A DNA stretch of 64,000 bases from Verrucomicrobiota bacterium (lineage in GTDB: Bacteria > Verrucomicrobiota > Verrucomicrobiia > CAIQCK01): the NCBI GenBank assembly GCA_016222825.1, contig JACRQF010000014.1, forward strand, positions 419,300-483,299, in the 5' to 3' direction. Below the pieces are notes generated by a model, which made no database searches, was not told where the DNA came from, and was given only the letters and a program-made list of their open reading frames with translations. Position 1 is the first letter of the stretch, and each line of letters opens with the position of its first letter. The translations under genes and the position numbers were made by a program. This document shows, one piece after another, positions 27,849 through 37,754 of the stretch.

Positions 27849-28309
27849 GCACGCCCAACAACTATCTCCACTGCCCGCTCTGTGGGTTTGAGTTTGTGCG
27901 GCGGGAAGCGGCCTGCGAGCGCGGCTGCCCGCTGGGCAAATACTGCAAGCTGGTCTGCTGCCCGAACTGCCACTACGAGTTCCCGCCGGAACTGCGCGTG
28001 GTTTCCTGGTGGCGGCGGCTGTTCGCGCCAACGGCCTGCCCGAAGCCTCCGCGGGACTTGTTCTCGCTGTCGGAGTTGAACGAAGGCGACCACGCCGAAT
28101 TGGTGCGGCTGACGAGCGAGAAGGTTTCCCGGCGCAACACACTGGCGATCTACGGCCTGGTGCCGGGCAGCCGGCTGGTGTTGCAGCAGAAGCGTCCGTC
28201 CTTTGTCATCCGCGTCGGCGAAACCGAGCTGGCCCTCGAAGCCGACATCGCCCGCGAACTGGTCGTCAAACGCGTCACGGCTGAAGGCGCACTGGGCGCA
28301 ACGTCCTGA
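27845..28309 (+). CDS. feoA: FeoA domain fused to an N-terminal 8-Cys domain
   Basis: GTG overlaps the feoB stop (GTGA); CPLC-x10-C-x3-C-x5-C-x3-CCPNC, then LSELNEG...YGLVPGS...VIRVGETELAL (FeoA SH3-like). Confidence 0.82.
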   Translation: MSTPNNYLHCPLCGFEFVRREAACERGCPLGKYCKLVCCPNCHYEFPPELRVVSWWRRLFAPTACPKPPRDLFSLSELNEGDHAELVRLTSEKVSRRNTLAIYGLVPGSRLVLQQKRPSFVIRVGETELALEADIARELVVKRVTAEGALGATS

Positions 28310-28612
28310 TCTCCCGCCCCTTCCTGGTTCGGCCGTCGAAGACCCGCGTGCGTCCCGGTGGAGGCCGAAGCAAAAAATTGACAAGAAGCCAGCAGGATAG
28401 CAGGATACGCGGGTTTAGCCGTGGCGGGTGAACGTCCTTTGGGCGCTGCGCTGGCCCGGTGAAGGATTTGTTCATGGAAATGGCTGTTATAAAGCAGAGG
28501 TTTTGCATCGTGGCGCGCGGGCAGGGCGTGTGCCGCGGCGAAACCGGTGTGCGCGGGTCGGCCGAGACTACCCGCGGGGGCCGTCCGTTTTAACCTCTAA
28601 CAAGGACTATTC

Positions 28613-29767
28613 GTGTCTGTTCCAGTCTCGCAAGCGTTTACCATTTGCAGCTACGTCATCCGGCAACGGTTGAAGGGCAACGAGTATTACCCCCTCGTGT
28701 TGATGCTGGAGCCGCTGTTCCGCTGCAACCTCGAATGCGCCGGCTGCGGCAAGATCCAGTATCCGGAGCACGTCCTGCAGCGGCGTCTGACGCCGGAACA
28801 GTGTTTCCGGGCGGCCGATGAGTGCGGCGCGCCGGTCATCAGCCTGCCGGGCGGCGAACCTCTGATCCACCCGGAGATGAAGGAGATCGTCGAGGGTCTC
28901 GTCGCCCGCAAGAAATACGTTTATCTCTGCACCAACGCCCTCTTGCTGAAGCGGAAGATGGATTTGTTCACGCCGTCGAAGTATCTGACGTTCAGCGTCC
29001 ACCTCGACGGGCTGGAGGAGGATCACGACCACTCCGTCTGCCGGGAGGGCACGTTCAAGACTGCCGTGGAGGCCATTCAGGAGGCGCTCAAGCGCGGCTT
29101 CCGGGTGACGACCAACATGACGCTGTTTGAAGGCACCAACCCAGATCGCGTCAGGGAGTTCTTCGATTACCTCACCAAGCTTGGCGTCGAGGGCCTGATG
29201 CTCTCGCCGGGTTACAGCTACACCCACGCGCCGGACCAAAAGCACTTCCTGCACCGCAACCGCACACACGACCTGTTCAACAGGATTCTCGCCAACCCAA
29301 AGAAGGCGTGGCAGTTCAACCAGTCGCCGTTGTTCCTGGAGTTCCTGATGGGCCACCGCGACTACAACTGCACCCCGTGGGGCACGCCGACTTACAACAT
29401 CTTCGGCTGGCAAAAGCCGTGTTATCTGCTCCAGGACGGCTACGCGCGCACTTTCAAACAGATGATAGCCGAGACGGATTGGGCGCGCTACGGCCATCAT
29501 ACCAACAACCCCTTGTGCCGCGACTGCATGGTCCACAGCGGTTACGAGCCGACTGCGGTGAACGACACCTTCAGTAGTTGGGACGGGTTCCTCCGCACCG
29601 TGAAGCTGACGCTTTTCGGCGGGCTGGGCGAAGGTTATCGCAACGGCCGGCAAGCCGAAATCGCCGCCCAGCTCGCCGCCAGCGGCCACGGCCAGAAGAA
29701 ACCGCCCGCTTGCGGCTGCGGCTGCTCCTCCAACAAGCCGCAAGAATCCGCCGGCGGCAAGAAGTGA
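28613..29767 (+). CDS. hpnH: Adenosyl-hopene transferase HpnH (radical SAM)
   Basis: YPLVLMLEPLFRCNLECAGCGKIQYP, GGEPLIH, CTPWG, GWQKPCYL, CMVHSGYE. Confidence 0.93.
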   Translation: MSVPVSQAFTICSYVIRQRLKGNEYYPLVLMLEPLFRCNLECAGCGKIQYPEHVLQRRLTPEQCFRAADECGAPVISLPGGEPLIHPEMKEIVEGLVARKKYVYLCTNALLLKRKMDLFTPSKYLTFSVHLDGLEEDHDHSVCREGTFKTAVEAIQEALKRGFRVTTNMTLFEGTNPDRVREFFDYLTKLGVEGLMLSPGYSYTHAPDQKHFLHRNRTHDLFNRILANPKKAWQFNQSPLFLEFLMGHRDYNCTPWGTPTYNIFGWQKPCYLLQDGYARTFKQMIAETDWARYGHHTNNPLCRDCMVHSGYEPTAVNDTFSSWDGFLRTVKLTLFGGLGEGYRNGRQAEIAAQLAASGHGQKKPPACGCGCSSNKPQESAGGKK

Positions 29768-29787
29768 CCGGCATATCAGGAGCGCGC

Positions 29788-30093
29788 ATGACTGAAACCG
29801 AATTGGCCGCCGTCATCGAGAAAGCCTTCGACTATCGCGGCGACGTGACCGTGGACCTCAAGGACGGCCGGCAGGTGGTCGGCTACTTGAGCAACCGCAA
29901 CCTCCAAGGCGCGGAGCATTGCCGCGAGCCGTTCATCGAGATGATGGTCGCCGGCCAGCCGGAACTCACCTGCATCGCCTGCCGCGACATCGCCAACATT
30001 CGCCTCACGGGCGAGGATCCGGCCGCCGGCAAATCGTGGGAGGAGTGGGTTGCCAAGGAAGCCGCGAAGAAAAAAGCTCAGGCCAAAGCTTGA
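29788..30093 (+). CDS. Conserved-looking hypothetical protein in the hpn cluster, possible Sm/LSm-like fold
   Basis: AGGAG RBS and ATG 29788; EKAFDYRGDVTVDLKDGRQVVGYL...TGEDPAAGKSWEEW. Confidence 0.7.
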   Translation: MTETELAAVIEKAFDYRGDVTVDLKDGRQVVGYLSNRNLQGAEHCREPFIEMMVAGQPELTCIACRDIANIRLTGEDPAAGKSWEEWVAKEAAKKKAQAKA

Positions 30094-30170
30094 ATTTGTT
30101 CCAACGCCGGCTCACAATCGCCGCAGATGTCTAACACGGGCCGATCGCTGAGAAGGTGCCCAACGCTCCA

Positions 30171-30953
30171 ATGCAAGAGCAATTGCCTATCGCCATTCAA
30201 GTCGCAGTGCATGAGGAGATCAGCCCCATCCTCAAGCGCGTGGCTGTGGATGAGGTCTTCCATGAGGTCACGTGGGAACAGCGCCGCAGTCTCAAGCACG
30301 CCCATCATGACCACCTCCGGTTCTACATCGGTGCCCTGAATGGCGTGCGGGTCGTGGTTTTTCGCACCGGCGTCGGCCGGCTCCGCGCCACCGAGATCAT
30401 TCGCGTCTTCTTCGAGCACTTCGAGCCGAAGCTCCTGATCTCCGCCGGCTTCGGCGGTGCGCTCAGCCCCGACTTGGACATCGGCGACATCGTGTTGGTG
30501 AACGACATCCTCGAATTGCAGACCGGCCGCTGCGACTGGCAGGGCTTCATGCCGTCGCTCAACGGCCAGTTCAAGTTCCAGAAGGGCCGGCTGGTTACCG
30601 CCGACCAGATGGTGATCTCCGGTCGCGAGAAGACCGGCCTTGGCGAAACCCACAACGCCATCGTCGTGGACATGGAAACCAGCGCCGTGGCCGCCAAGTG
30701 CAAGAAACACAACGTGCCCATCGTCGGCGTGCGCGCCATCTCCGACCGCGCCAACGAAGACCTCCCGCCGGAAATCAACACCTTCTTCGACAACGGCGAA
30801 GTTCGTCCCGGCAAGATCGCCAAAGCCATCTTCTCGCATCCGCCCACGTTCGTCGGCCTCTTCAAACTCGCCAAGCACGCCTGGAAAGCCGGCGACGACC
30901 TTGCCGACTTCCTCGAGAGGTTCGTCGTTGCCGCAGCCGCCGACCTGAAATAG
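30171..30953 (+). CDS. hpnG: Nucleoside phosphorylase-family protein, likely hopanoid HpnG-type
   Basis: TGVG, ISAGFGGAL..LDIGDIV, VDMETSAVA, VRAISD; two genes downstream of hpnH. Confidence 0.7.
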   Translation: MQEQLPIAIQVAVHEEISPILKRVAVDEVFHEVTWEQRRSLKHAHHDHLRFYIGALNGVRVVVFRTGVGRLRATEIIRVFFEHFEPKLLISAGFGGALSPDLDIGDIVLVNDILELQTGRCDWQGFMPSLNGQFKFQKGRLVTADQMVISGREKTGLGETHNAIVVDMETSAVAAKCKKHNVPIVGVRAISDRANEDLPPEINTFFDNGEVRPGKIAKAIFSHPPTFVGLFKLAKHAWKAGDDLADFLERFVVAAAADLK

Positions 30954-31068
30954 GGATTTGGTGTCGGGGCGGCGCGCGCCGTTCCTCCCCCGTGTCACTG
31001 CCCCAGTCCCCGTAGCCGCCGGCAGTCACATCCCGTTTCCGATGTCGTCTTTCAGGGCAAGAGAACGC

Positions 31069-31110
31069 TTGACGCCCGCGGTCCGATTGGGGATGCTGCT
31101 GGAATTCCAG
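31069..31110 (+). promoter_or_regulatory. Promoter plus candidate GntR operator
   Basis: TTGACG-N17-GATGCT followed by the perfect palindrome CTGGAATTCCAG (31099-31110) over the predicted start site. Confidence 0.55.
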
Positions 31111-31147
31111 AGGAATGCTTGATGGCGACCAACACGGAACGTGCCTT

Positions 31148-31939
31148 ATGACCACAACCAAGAACGGACATATCCAGAAGGCCATTGATCACATTCGCGA
31201 ACGCATCTTGTGCGGCGACCTCCAGCCGGGGTTCGTCCTTTCCGAATCTGCGCTGGCCAGGAGCCTCGGTGTCAGCCGCACGCCCGTCGGCGAGGCGCTG
31301 CGGGAACTGGCCGCTGTCGGGTTGGTGGAGCAGATGCCGCGCTACGGCACCATCGTCCGCCGCGTGGGCCGGGCAGAAATCATCGAGCTTTACGAACTGC
31401 GCGAGGCGCTGGAGCCGCACGCGGTGGCGCTGGCCGTCGGCCGGATTGCATTGGCCGACGTGGCGCGGCTGGGGAAACTGTGCGAGCGGATTGCGGAATT
31501 CGAGGCGGAGATGACACGTGCAAAGTGCGAGCGGCTGGAGGGGCAGGCGCTGCGCAATTTTCTGGCGACGGATATGGCGTTTCACACGGTCCTGATCCAC
31601 GCCGCCGGCAATCGCCGCATCGCGCGCATCGTCCGCGACTCCCACGTGATGACACAGCTCTTCGGGACCCAACGGCTTATTCACGACAGACAAATCGTCG
31701 CCGAGGTCTGCCGGTTCCATGAGCAAATCCTCGCCGCGATCCGGCGCGGCGACGCGAAGGTGGCGCGGGACGCCGCGGCGGAGCACATCCGCGCCAGTCT
31801 TGCGCACACGTTGGAGAACCTCGACCGGCAGAGGCCCAGCGGCGACCTGAACGCGCTGGCGCTGCCGGAAGACGTGCGCGCGGAACTGCGCCGCATCGAG
31901 TCGGCGCTGGACCGTCCGAAACGAAAGAAGCGATCATGA
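31148..31939 (+). CDS. GntR-family (FCD) transcriptional regulator
   Basis: SESALARSLGVSRTPVGEAL wHTH; ELYELREALE, DMAFH, GN, HEQILAAI. Confidence 0.93.
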   Translation: MTTTKNGHIQKAIDHIRERILCGDLQPGFVLSESALARSLGVSRTPVGEALRELAAVGLVEQMPRYGTIVRRVGRAEIIELYELREALEPHAVALAVGRIALADVARLGKLCERIAEFEAEMTRAKCERLEGQALRNFLATDMAFHTVLIHAAGNRRIARIVRDSHVMTQLFGTQRLIHDRQIVAEVCRFHEQILAAIRRGDAKVARDAAAEHIRASLAHTLENLDRQRPSGDLNALALPEDVRAELRRIESALDRPKRKKRS

Positions 31940-33528
31940 CAACACATAACATTCGATTGCTGCTGGCGGCATGGGCCGTCGGCTCGGCGCTGGCCTGCGC
32001 GGCTCAACAGCCACCCGACAGGGTTCCCGGCGTCGTCATAGATCACATCCCGGCCTCGACCGGCATTTACATCGGCTCGCCGAGCATCGCCGTTCTGCCC
32101 AACGGCGATTACGTCGCCTCGCATGATCATTTCGGGCCGAAGTCCACTGAGCACAAGAGCGCGCTCACCGCTGTCTTCCGTTCCGCCGATCGCGGCAAGA
32201 CTTGGAAGAAGGTGTCCGAGGTTGACGGCGCGTTTTGGAACAGCCTCTTCGTCCACCGCGACGCGCTTTATCTGCTCGGCCCCGACCGTCATCACGGAAA
32301 TATCCTCATCCGCCGCTCCACTGACGGTGGTAAAACATGGACCTCGCCCACCAGCAGCACAACCGGCATGCTGCGCGACACTGGTGAGTATCATTGCGCG
32401 CCCATGCCCGTCATCGAGCACGCGGGCCGGCTCTGGCGGGCGTTCGAGTGGCGACATCCGCCCATCGCCTGGGGCATCAACTACCGCGCCACCATGTTGT
32501 CGGCACCGGTGGATGCTGACCTGATCAACGCGGCCAGTTGGACGCTGGCCGAGCCGTTGCCGAGCGACCGGTTGTGGAATGGCGGCGACATGGGCGCTTG
32601 GCTCGAGGGCAACGCCGTGGTCACGCCTGCCGGCGAACTCGTGGACATCCTGCGCGTCCAGACCCGGTCGCCGGACGAGAAGGCCGCCATCGTCCGCGTT
32701 AGCGCCGATGGCAAGAAGATGTCGTTCGACCCCGCAACCGGCTTCGTGAACTTTCCCGGCGGCGCGAAAAAATTCACCATCCGTTTCGACCCTCAGAGCA
32801 AACTCTACTGGTCGCTGGCCAGCATCGTTCACGAGCGCCATCGCGCCAACAACCCCGGCGGCATCCGCAACACGCTCGCGCTGACCTGCTCACCGGACCT
32901 GACGAACTGGACCATCCGTTGCATCCTGCTCTACCACCCGGAGGTCAAGAAGCACGGCTTCCAATACGTGGACTGGCTTTTCGACGGCGACGACATCATC
33001 GCCGCCTGCCGCACCGCCTACGACGACGGCCTCGGCGGCGCCCACAACAACCACGACGCCAACTTCCTGACCTTCCATCGCATCGCCAATTTCCGCCGGC
33101 TCATAATGAGCGACTCGGTCCCGTTGATTTCCTCCGCTGCCAGCCGCCACGAGACAGCCGACTTCACCATCGCCGGCACAGGTTTCGAGATCGCCAAGCT
33201 CAATGAAGGCGGCGTCGCTTTCTCCAACCGCAACTACATTTGGCAAAACCTGCCGAAGGATTTCCTCAGCGGTCGCTACACGCGCACGGCTGGCGGGGAG
33301 TCTGCCATGATTGTCGTTCGGGCCAAGCGCGACATCACGCTGCACGTCGCCACGACGCCGGCACAGGAAAAGACACTTGGTGACTGGCAAAAGACGGACG
33401 CGTTCTTCAACTACACCGACAAAGGCAAAACGAAGATGGCGGTCTTCACTCGCGCGCTGAAGAGCAACCAGGAAGTCATCGTGCCACAGTCGGGCTGGAC
33501 CGGGACGTTGGTGCTGCTGCGACCATGA
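31936..33528 (+). CDS. Secreted sialidase-like BNR/Asp-box propeller plus C-terminal unnamed module
   Basis: IGSPSIA, SADRGKTW, STDGGKTW, WLEGNAV, HGFQYVDW; C-terminal ~115 aa homologous to the N-terminus of 39949-44574. Confidence 0.8.
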   Translation: MTTHNIRLLLAAWAVGSALACAAQQPPDRVPGVVIDHIPASTGIYIGSPSIAVLPNGDYVASHDHFGPKSTEHKSALTAVFRSADRGKTWKKVSEVDGAFWNSLFVHRDALYLLGPDRHHGNILIRRSTDGGKTWTSPTSSTTGMLRDTGEYHCAPMPVIEHAGRLWRAFEWRHPPIAWGINYRATMLSAPVDADLINAASWTLAEPLPSDRLWNGGDMGAWLEGNAVVTPAGELVDILRVQTRSPDEKAAIVRVSADGKKMSFDPATGFVNFPGGAKKFTIRFDPQSKLYWSLASIVHERHRANNPGGIRNTLALTCSPDLTNWTIRCILLYHPEVKKHGFQYVDWLFDGDDIIAACRTAYDDGLGGAHNNHDANFLTFHRIANFRRLIMSDSVPLISSAASRHETADFTIAGTGFEIAKLNEGGVAFSNRNYIWQNLPKDFLSGRYTRTAGGESAMIVVRAKRDITLHVATTPAQEKTLGDWQKTDAFFNYTDKGKTKMAVFTRALKSNQEVIVPQSGWTGTLVLLRP

Positions 33529-34793
33529 AACCTGCAACCCTCGCCGCTGCGCTCATCCTCACGACGACCCAGATGAACTCCCAGACGCCCACCGAGCTTC
33601 AAGTCACCCGCGGCCCCGGCGGGCGTGTCCTGACCAACACCGCCGTCTGGTCGCCCGACGGCCAATGGATCGTCTATGACACGCGCAGCGACGCCGCGGG
33701 CGAGAAGTTCGACGGCAGCCGCATCGAGATGGTGAACGTCCGCTCCGGCGAGGTGCGCGTGCTCTATGAGTCGCGCAACGGTGCCCACTGCGGCGTCGTC
33801 ACTTTTCATCCGAAGCAGCCACGCGTCGTGTTCATCCTTGGCCCCGAGAACCCGACGCCGGACTGGCAATACAACGCCTATCACCGCCAAGGCGTCATCG
33901 TGGACACTGCGAAGCCCGGCGTGGCGATCAACCTCGACGCGCGCGACATCGTGCCGCCGTTCACGCCCGGAGCGTTGCGCGGCGGCTCGCACGTCCACGT
34001 TTGGAACCCGGCGGGCGAGCAGGTCAGCTTTACCTACGAAGACCACGTGCTGGCACAAAGCGGCCTCAACCAGCGCAACATCGCCGTGAGCGTGCCGGGC
34101 CGGCCCGTCGTTGTGCCGAAGACTCATCCGCGCAACCACGACGGCAGCCACTTCACCGTGCTCGTTACCCGCACGACCGCGAATCCCAAACCCGGCTCCG
34201 ACGAGATCAAGAAGGCGTTCGAGGAAGGATGGGTTGGCCAGCGTGCGCTGGCGTTTCAGGGCCACGTCGTCACGGAGAAAGGTGAAACCGTCTCCGAGGT
34301 TTTTATCGCCGACCTGCCCGACGATCTGACGCAACCCGGCTGTGAAGCCCGCATCGCGCAACGCCGCTTGACGTTTACCTCCAGCCGCAAGTTCCCTGGC
34401 ATTCAAGGCCCGCGCCACTGGCTGCGAAGTTCGCCGGACGGCACCCGTATCGCGTTTCTCATGAAAGACGACGCGGGCGTGGCACAACTCTGGACCGTCT
34501 CGCCCACCGGCGGCCCGGCGATGCAACTCACGCACAACCCTTGGCCAGTTGCGTCGGCGTTCACATGGAGTCCCGACGACAAGCACATCGCTCACGTGAT
34601 GGACAACAGCGTCTGCGTCGCCGACGCGGCCACCGGTGTGACGACGCGCCTGACGCCGCGCAGCGATGACGCGGGCGCACCGCGACCGGAAGCATGCGTT
34701 TTCTCGCCGGATGGAACGAAGATCGCTTTCGTGCGCCGTCTGCCGTCGCCCGATGCGCCAGCGAACCAAATATGTGTGGTGAACCTGAAATGA
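33525..34793 (+). CDS. DUF3748 / YidR-like TolB-type beta-propeller
   Basis: WSPDGQWIVYD, FTPGALRGGSHVH, SFTYEDH, EEGWVG, QRRLTFT, PRHWLRSSPDG. Confidence 0.82.
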   Translation: MKPATLAAALILTTTQMNSQTPTELQVTRGPGGRVLTNTAVWSPDGQWIVYDTRSDAAGEKFDGSRIEMVNVRSGEVRVLYESRNGAHCGVVTFHPKQPRVVFILGPENPTPDWQYNAYHRQGVIVDTAKPGVAINLDARDIVPPFTPGALRGGSHVHVWNPAGEQVSFTYEDHVLAQSGLNQRNIAVSVPGRPVVVPKTHPRNHDGSHFTVLVTRTTANPKPGSDEIKKAFEEGWVGQRALAFQGHVVTEKGETVSEVFIADLPDDLTQPGCEARIAQRRLTFTSSRKFPGIQGPRHWLRSSPDGTRIAFLMKDDAGVAQLWTVSPTGGPAMQLTHNPWPVASAFTWSPDDKHIAHVMDNSVCVADAATGVTTRLTPRSDDAGAPRPEACVFSPDGTKIAFVRRLPSPDAPANQICVVNLK

Positions 34794-36024
34794 AACCGTC
34801 CCTCAGAGCTCTCGCCGCATCATTCATAGCACTCACAGCCACATCCGCCTTTGCGCAGGCAATCCGCCCGCTCGCGCAAGAACACGTCGTGGTTTATGAG
34901 TCGCCTGACCCGGCGGGCATCTACTGTTACACGCCCGGCATCGCGCGGCTCGACAGTGGGCGGCTGGTTGCCACGATGGATCGGGGCGGGCGCGGGTTGA
35001 AGAAAGGCGAGTCGAACGGCAAGATCTTCACTTCGGACGATCGCGGCAAGACGTGGACGCACCGGGCAGGTTGATCCGCTCCGACGACGGCGGTGTCACG
35101 TGGTCTGCGCCCGCCAAGCTCACCGAGAGCCAAAGCTGGCACCAGTCGGCCTGCAATGTTCACTACGCCAACGGTTGCGTCTATCTCGTCATGGAGCGGC
35201 GGGTGACCGGCGACATCAAGACTTGGGGCGTCGGCGAAATGGCGCCGGTATTGATGCGCGGCAAGGTCGGCGCGGACCTGACCCGGCGCGAGAACTGGAC
35301 GTTCGCATCCGAGCTTTCGTTCCGGAACACGATCCCAAACATCGAGAAGGACCCGGCGATTGATTTCTTCGGCGTGCCGTTCTTTTCCTCGGCGTATCCG
35401 AAGGGCTCGCTGCCCGCGCCGCGCCGCAACAACGCGCCCATCGGCTGGCTGGAGACCAACGTCGTGCAGTTCAAGGACCCCGACCACATCTGGTTCGACC
35501 CGAAAGGCCGGACGTTCCATCTCTGGGCGCGCGCCCACACCGGTGGCACGGGCTACGCCGCCGTCGCGAAGGTTGTCGAGCGCGACGACGACGGCTCCAT
35601 GACGACGACGCTGGAGACCGTGCCTTCCGGCAAGAAAGTGCTGTTCGTGCCGTGCCCTGGAGGCCAGATGCGATTCCATATCCTCTACGATGAAGCGACG
35701 AAGCTGTTCTGGCTGCTGAGTTCGCAGGCCACCGACTCGATGACACGCGCGGATTGCCTCGACCCGGAACGCTTCAACCTGCCCAACAACGAGCGCCACC
35801 GGCTGCAACTGCATTTCTCGCGGAACATGGTGGACTGGTGCTTCGCCGGCATTGTTGCGATCGGTGCGTCGCCGAAGCAGTCGCGTCACTACGCCAGCAT
35901 GGCCGTGGACGGCGGCGATCTCGTCGTCCTCTCGCGCAGCGGCGACGCGCACGCCAAGTCTGCCCACGACGGCAACCTGATTACGTTCCATCGCGTGAAG
36001 AACTTCCGAACACTCGTTTACTGA
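34790..36024 (+). pseudogene. BNR/sialidase-like protein split by a frameshift (probable deletion near 35065-35075)
   Basis: ATG 34790 (ATGA overlap) gives a signal peptide...TSDDRGKTWTHRAG*; another frame resumes at once with LIRSDDGGVTW and runs to 36024. The two Asp-boxes are too close for a propeller blade. Confidence 0.75.
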
Positions 36025-36030
36025 CAAACT

Positions 36031-36963
36031 ATGAAATCCTCGCCATTCACCAAACCTCTCCGTGGCATCGTCCCTCCCATGATCACGCCTTTGAGCGGGC
36101 GTGATGACCTCGACGTAGCCGGCCTCGAACGCCTCATCGAACACATCATCGTCGGCGGCGTTAGCGGCTTGTTTATCCTCGGCACGACAGGCGAAGGGCC
36201 GAGCCTCAGTTACCGGCTCCGCAAGGAGTTTATCGAGCACACCTGCCGGCAGGTGAAGGGCCGCGTGCCCGTGCTCGTGGGCATCACGGACACGGCGTTC
36301 ATCGAGTCGGTGAACGTCGCCCGCTGGAGCGCCGACGCGGGCGCGGACGCGGTGGTGCTCGCGCCGCCCTATTACCTGCCGGAAGGCCAGCCGGAGTTGC
36401 AGGAATACCTCGACCATCTCGTGCCGGAGTTGCCGCTGCCGCTGTTCCTCTACAACATGCCGGCGCTGACAAAAGTGCAATTCGAGTTGGAGACCGTCCG
36501 CCGCGCGATGGACAATCCGCGCATTGTCGGCCTCAAGGACAGTTCGGGGAACATGATCTACTTCCACCGCGCCGTCGGTTTGCTGAAACATCGGCCTGAC
36601 TGGACGCTGCTCATCGGCCCCGAGGAGATGCTCGCCGACGCCGTCTTCGCGGGCGGCCACGGCGGCGTCAACGGCGGGGCGAACTTCTATCCACGTCTCT
36701 ACGTGGAGTTGTTTCGCGCCGCGCAGGCCGGCGACAACGCCCGCGTCCGCGAACTACATGCGCAGGTGATGCGCATCAGTGACAACCTCTACTGCATTGG
36801 CCGCCATCCCTCCGCGATCATCAAGGGCATCAAGTGCGCCCTCTCGCTGCTTGGCGTCTGCGATGATTTCATGGCCGAGCCGTTCCATCGCTTCCGCGAG
36901 CCGGAGCGGTCGCGGGTGAGAGAGATTCTCTGCGAACTCCAACTTCTCCTGAAGAACCCATGA
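36031..36963 (+). CDS. DapA/NanA-family aldolase (2-keto-3-deoxy sugar acid or sialic acid lyase)
   Basis: LGTTGEG, PPYY, LYNMP, GLKDSSG (Schiff-base Lys). Confidence 0.9.
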   Translation: MKSSPFTKPLRGIVPPMITPLSGRDDLDVAGLERLIEHIIVGGVSGLFILGTTGEGPSLSYRLRKEFIEHTCRQVKGRVPVLVGITDTAFIESVNVARWSADAGADAVVLAPPYYLPEGQPELQEYLDHLVPELPLPLFLYNMPALTKVQFELETVRRAMDNPRIVGLKDSSGNMIYFHRAVGLLKHRPDWTLLIGPEEMLADAVFAGGHGGVNGGANFYPRLYVELFRAAQAGDNARVRELHAQVMRISDNLYCIGRHPSAIIKGIKCALSLLGVCDDFMAEPFHRFREPERSRVREILCELQLLLKNP

Positions 36964-37748
36964 ACTGGAAACCTCGGATCCTCGCCACCATCGGCGTCAG
37001 CCTTGCGAGCTCATGCTTGTTCGCTGCTGATGTTGCCCCCGTCGCACCGCAGCGGCAGGTGATCATCCTCAAGCTCGACGATGTGAAGCAGGTGAAGAAC
37101 GCCCCTGTCCACCGGAGTTGGCAACGCGTGCTGGACTACGTCGAGCAGAACGGTTTGAAAGCATCGTTCGGCATCATCTGCTCCTCGCTCGAAACCGACA
37201 ACCCCGCTTACTTCGACTGGATCAAGACTGTGACGAAACGCGGCAACGTCGAGTTCTGGCTGCACGGCTACCGCGACCGCGCGACGACCGACAAGACGGG
37301 CGAGTTTGAGCAAGGCACCTTCGAGGAACAAAAGGTCGTCTTCGAGAAATGCGAACGGCTCGCCAAGGAGAAGCTGGGCTTCACGCTGCCGGCGTTTGGC
37401 CCGCACTGGAGCGGGACGACAGACGAGACCGAGAAGGCGCTCGACGCGGTGCCGGAGATTAGAATCTGGCTCTACGGACCGAAGACGCCGAAGTTCTACA
37501 GGAAGACTTCGTTCCCGCGCGTCATGGCGCTGGAGAACCCGACCTTCTTGCCGGATTTTGAGAAGTTCAAGGCGATCTACGAGCGCATCGGCACGAAGGA
37601 GAAGTTCCTGGTCCTGCAAGGTCATCCCCCGAACTGGTGGAAGGAGGAACGATGGAACGGGTTCTTCCAAATCGTCGAGTTCCTCAAAGCCAAAGGCTGC
37701 GTCTTTATGACGCCGTCAGAATACTTGCAAAGCATCACTGCCAAGTAA
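36960..37748 (+). CDS. Secreted polysaccharide deacetylase-like (NodB/DUF2334-type) protein
   Basis: ILKLDD, FWLHGY, FGPHW, LQGHP motifs; signal peptide. Confidence 0.7.
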   Translation: MNWKPRILATIGVSLASSCLFAADVAPVAPQRQVIILKLDDVKQVKNAPVHRSWQRVLDYVEQNGLKASFGIICSSLETDNPAYFDWIKTVTKRGNVEFWLHGYRDRATTDKTGEFEQGTFEEQKVVFEKCERLAKEKLGFTLPAFGPHWSGTTDETEKALDAVPEIRIWLYGPKTPKFYRKTSFPRVMALENPTFLPDFEKFKAIYERIGTKEKFLVLQGHPPNWWKEERWNGFFQIVEFLKAKGCVFMTPSEYLQSITAK

Positions 37749-37754
37749 CCGCTG

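Noticed and set aside
30993-31030. Hairpin TGTCACTGCC...GGCAGTCACA enclosing CGTAGCCGCCG
   Set aside because: Only a short match to the REP arm and no U-tract; too weak to call a repeat or terminator.
36031-36963. dapA of lysine biosynthesis
   Set aside because: Context is sugar catabolism; family motifs alone do not fix the substrate.
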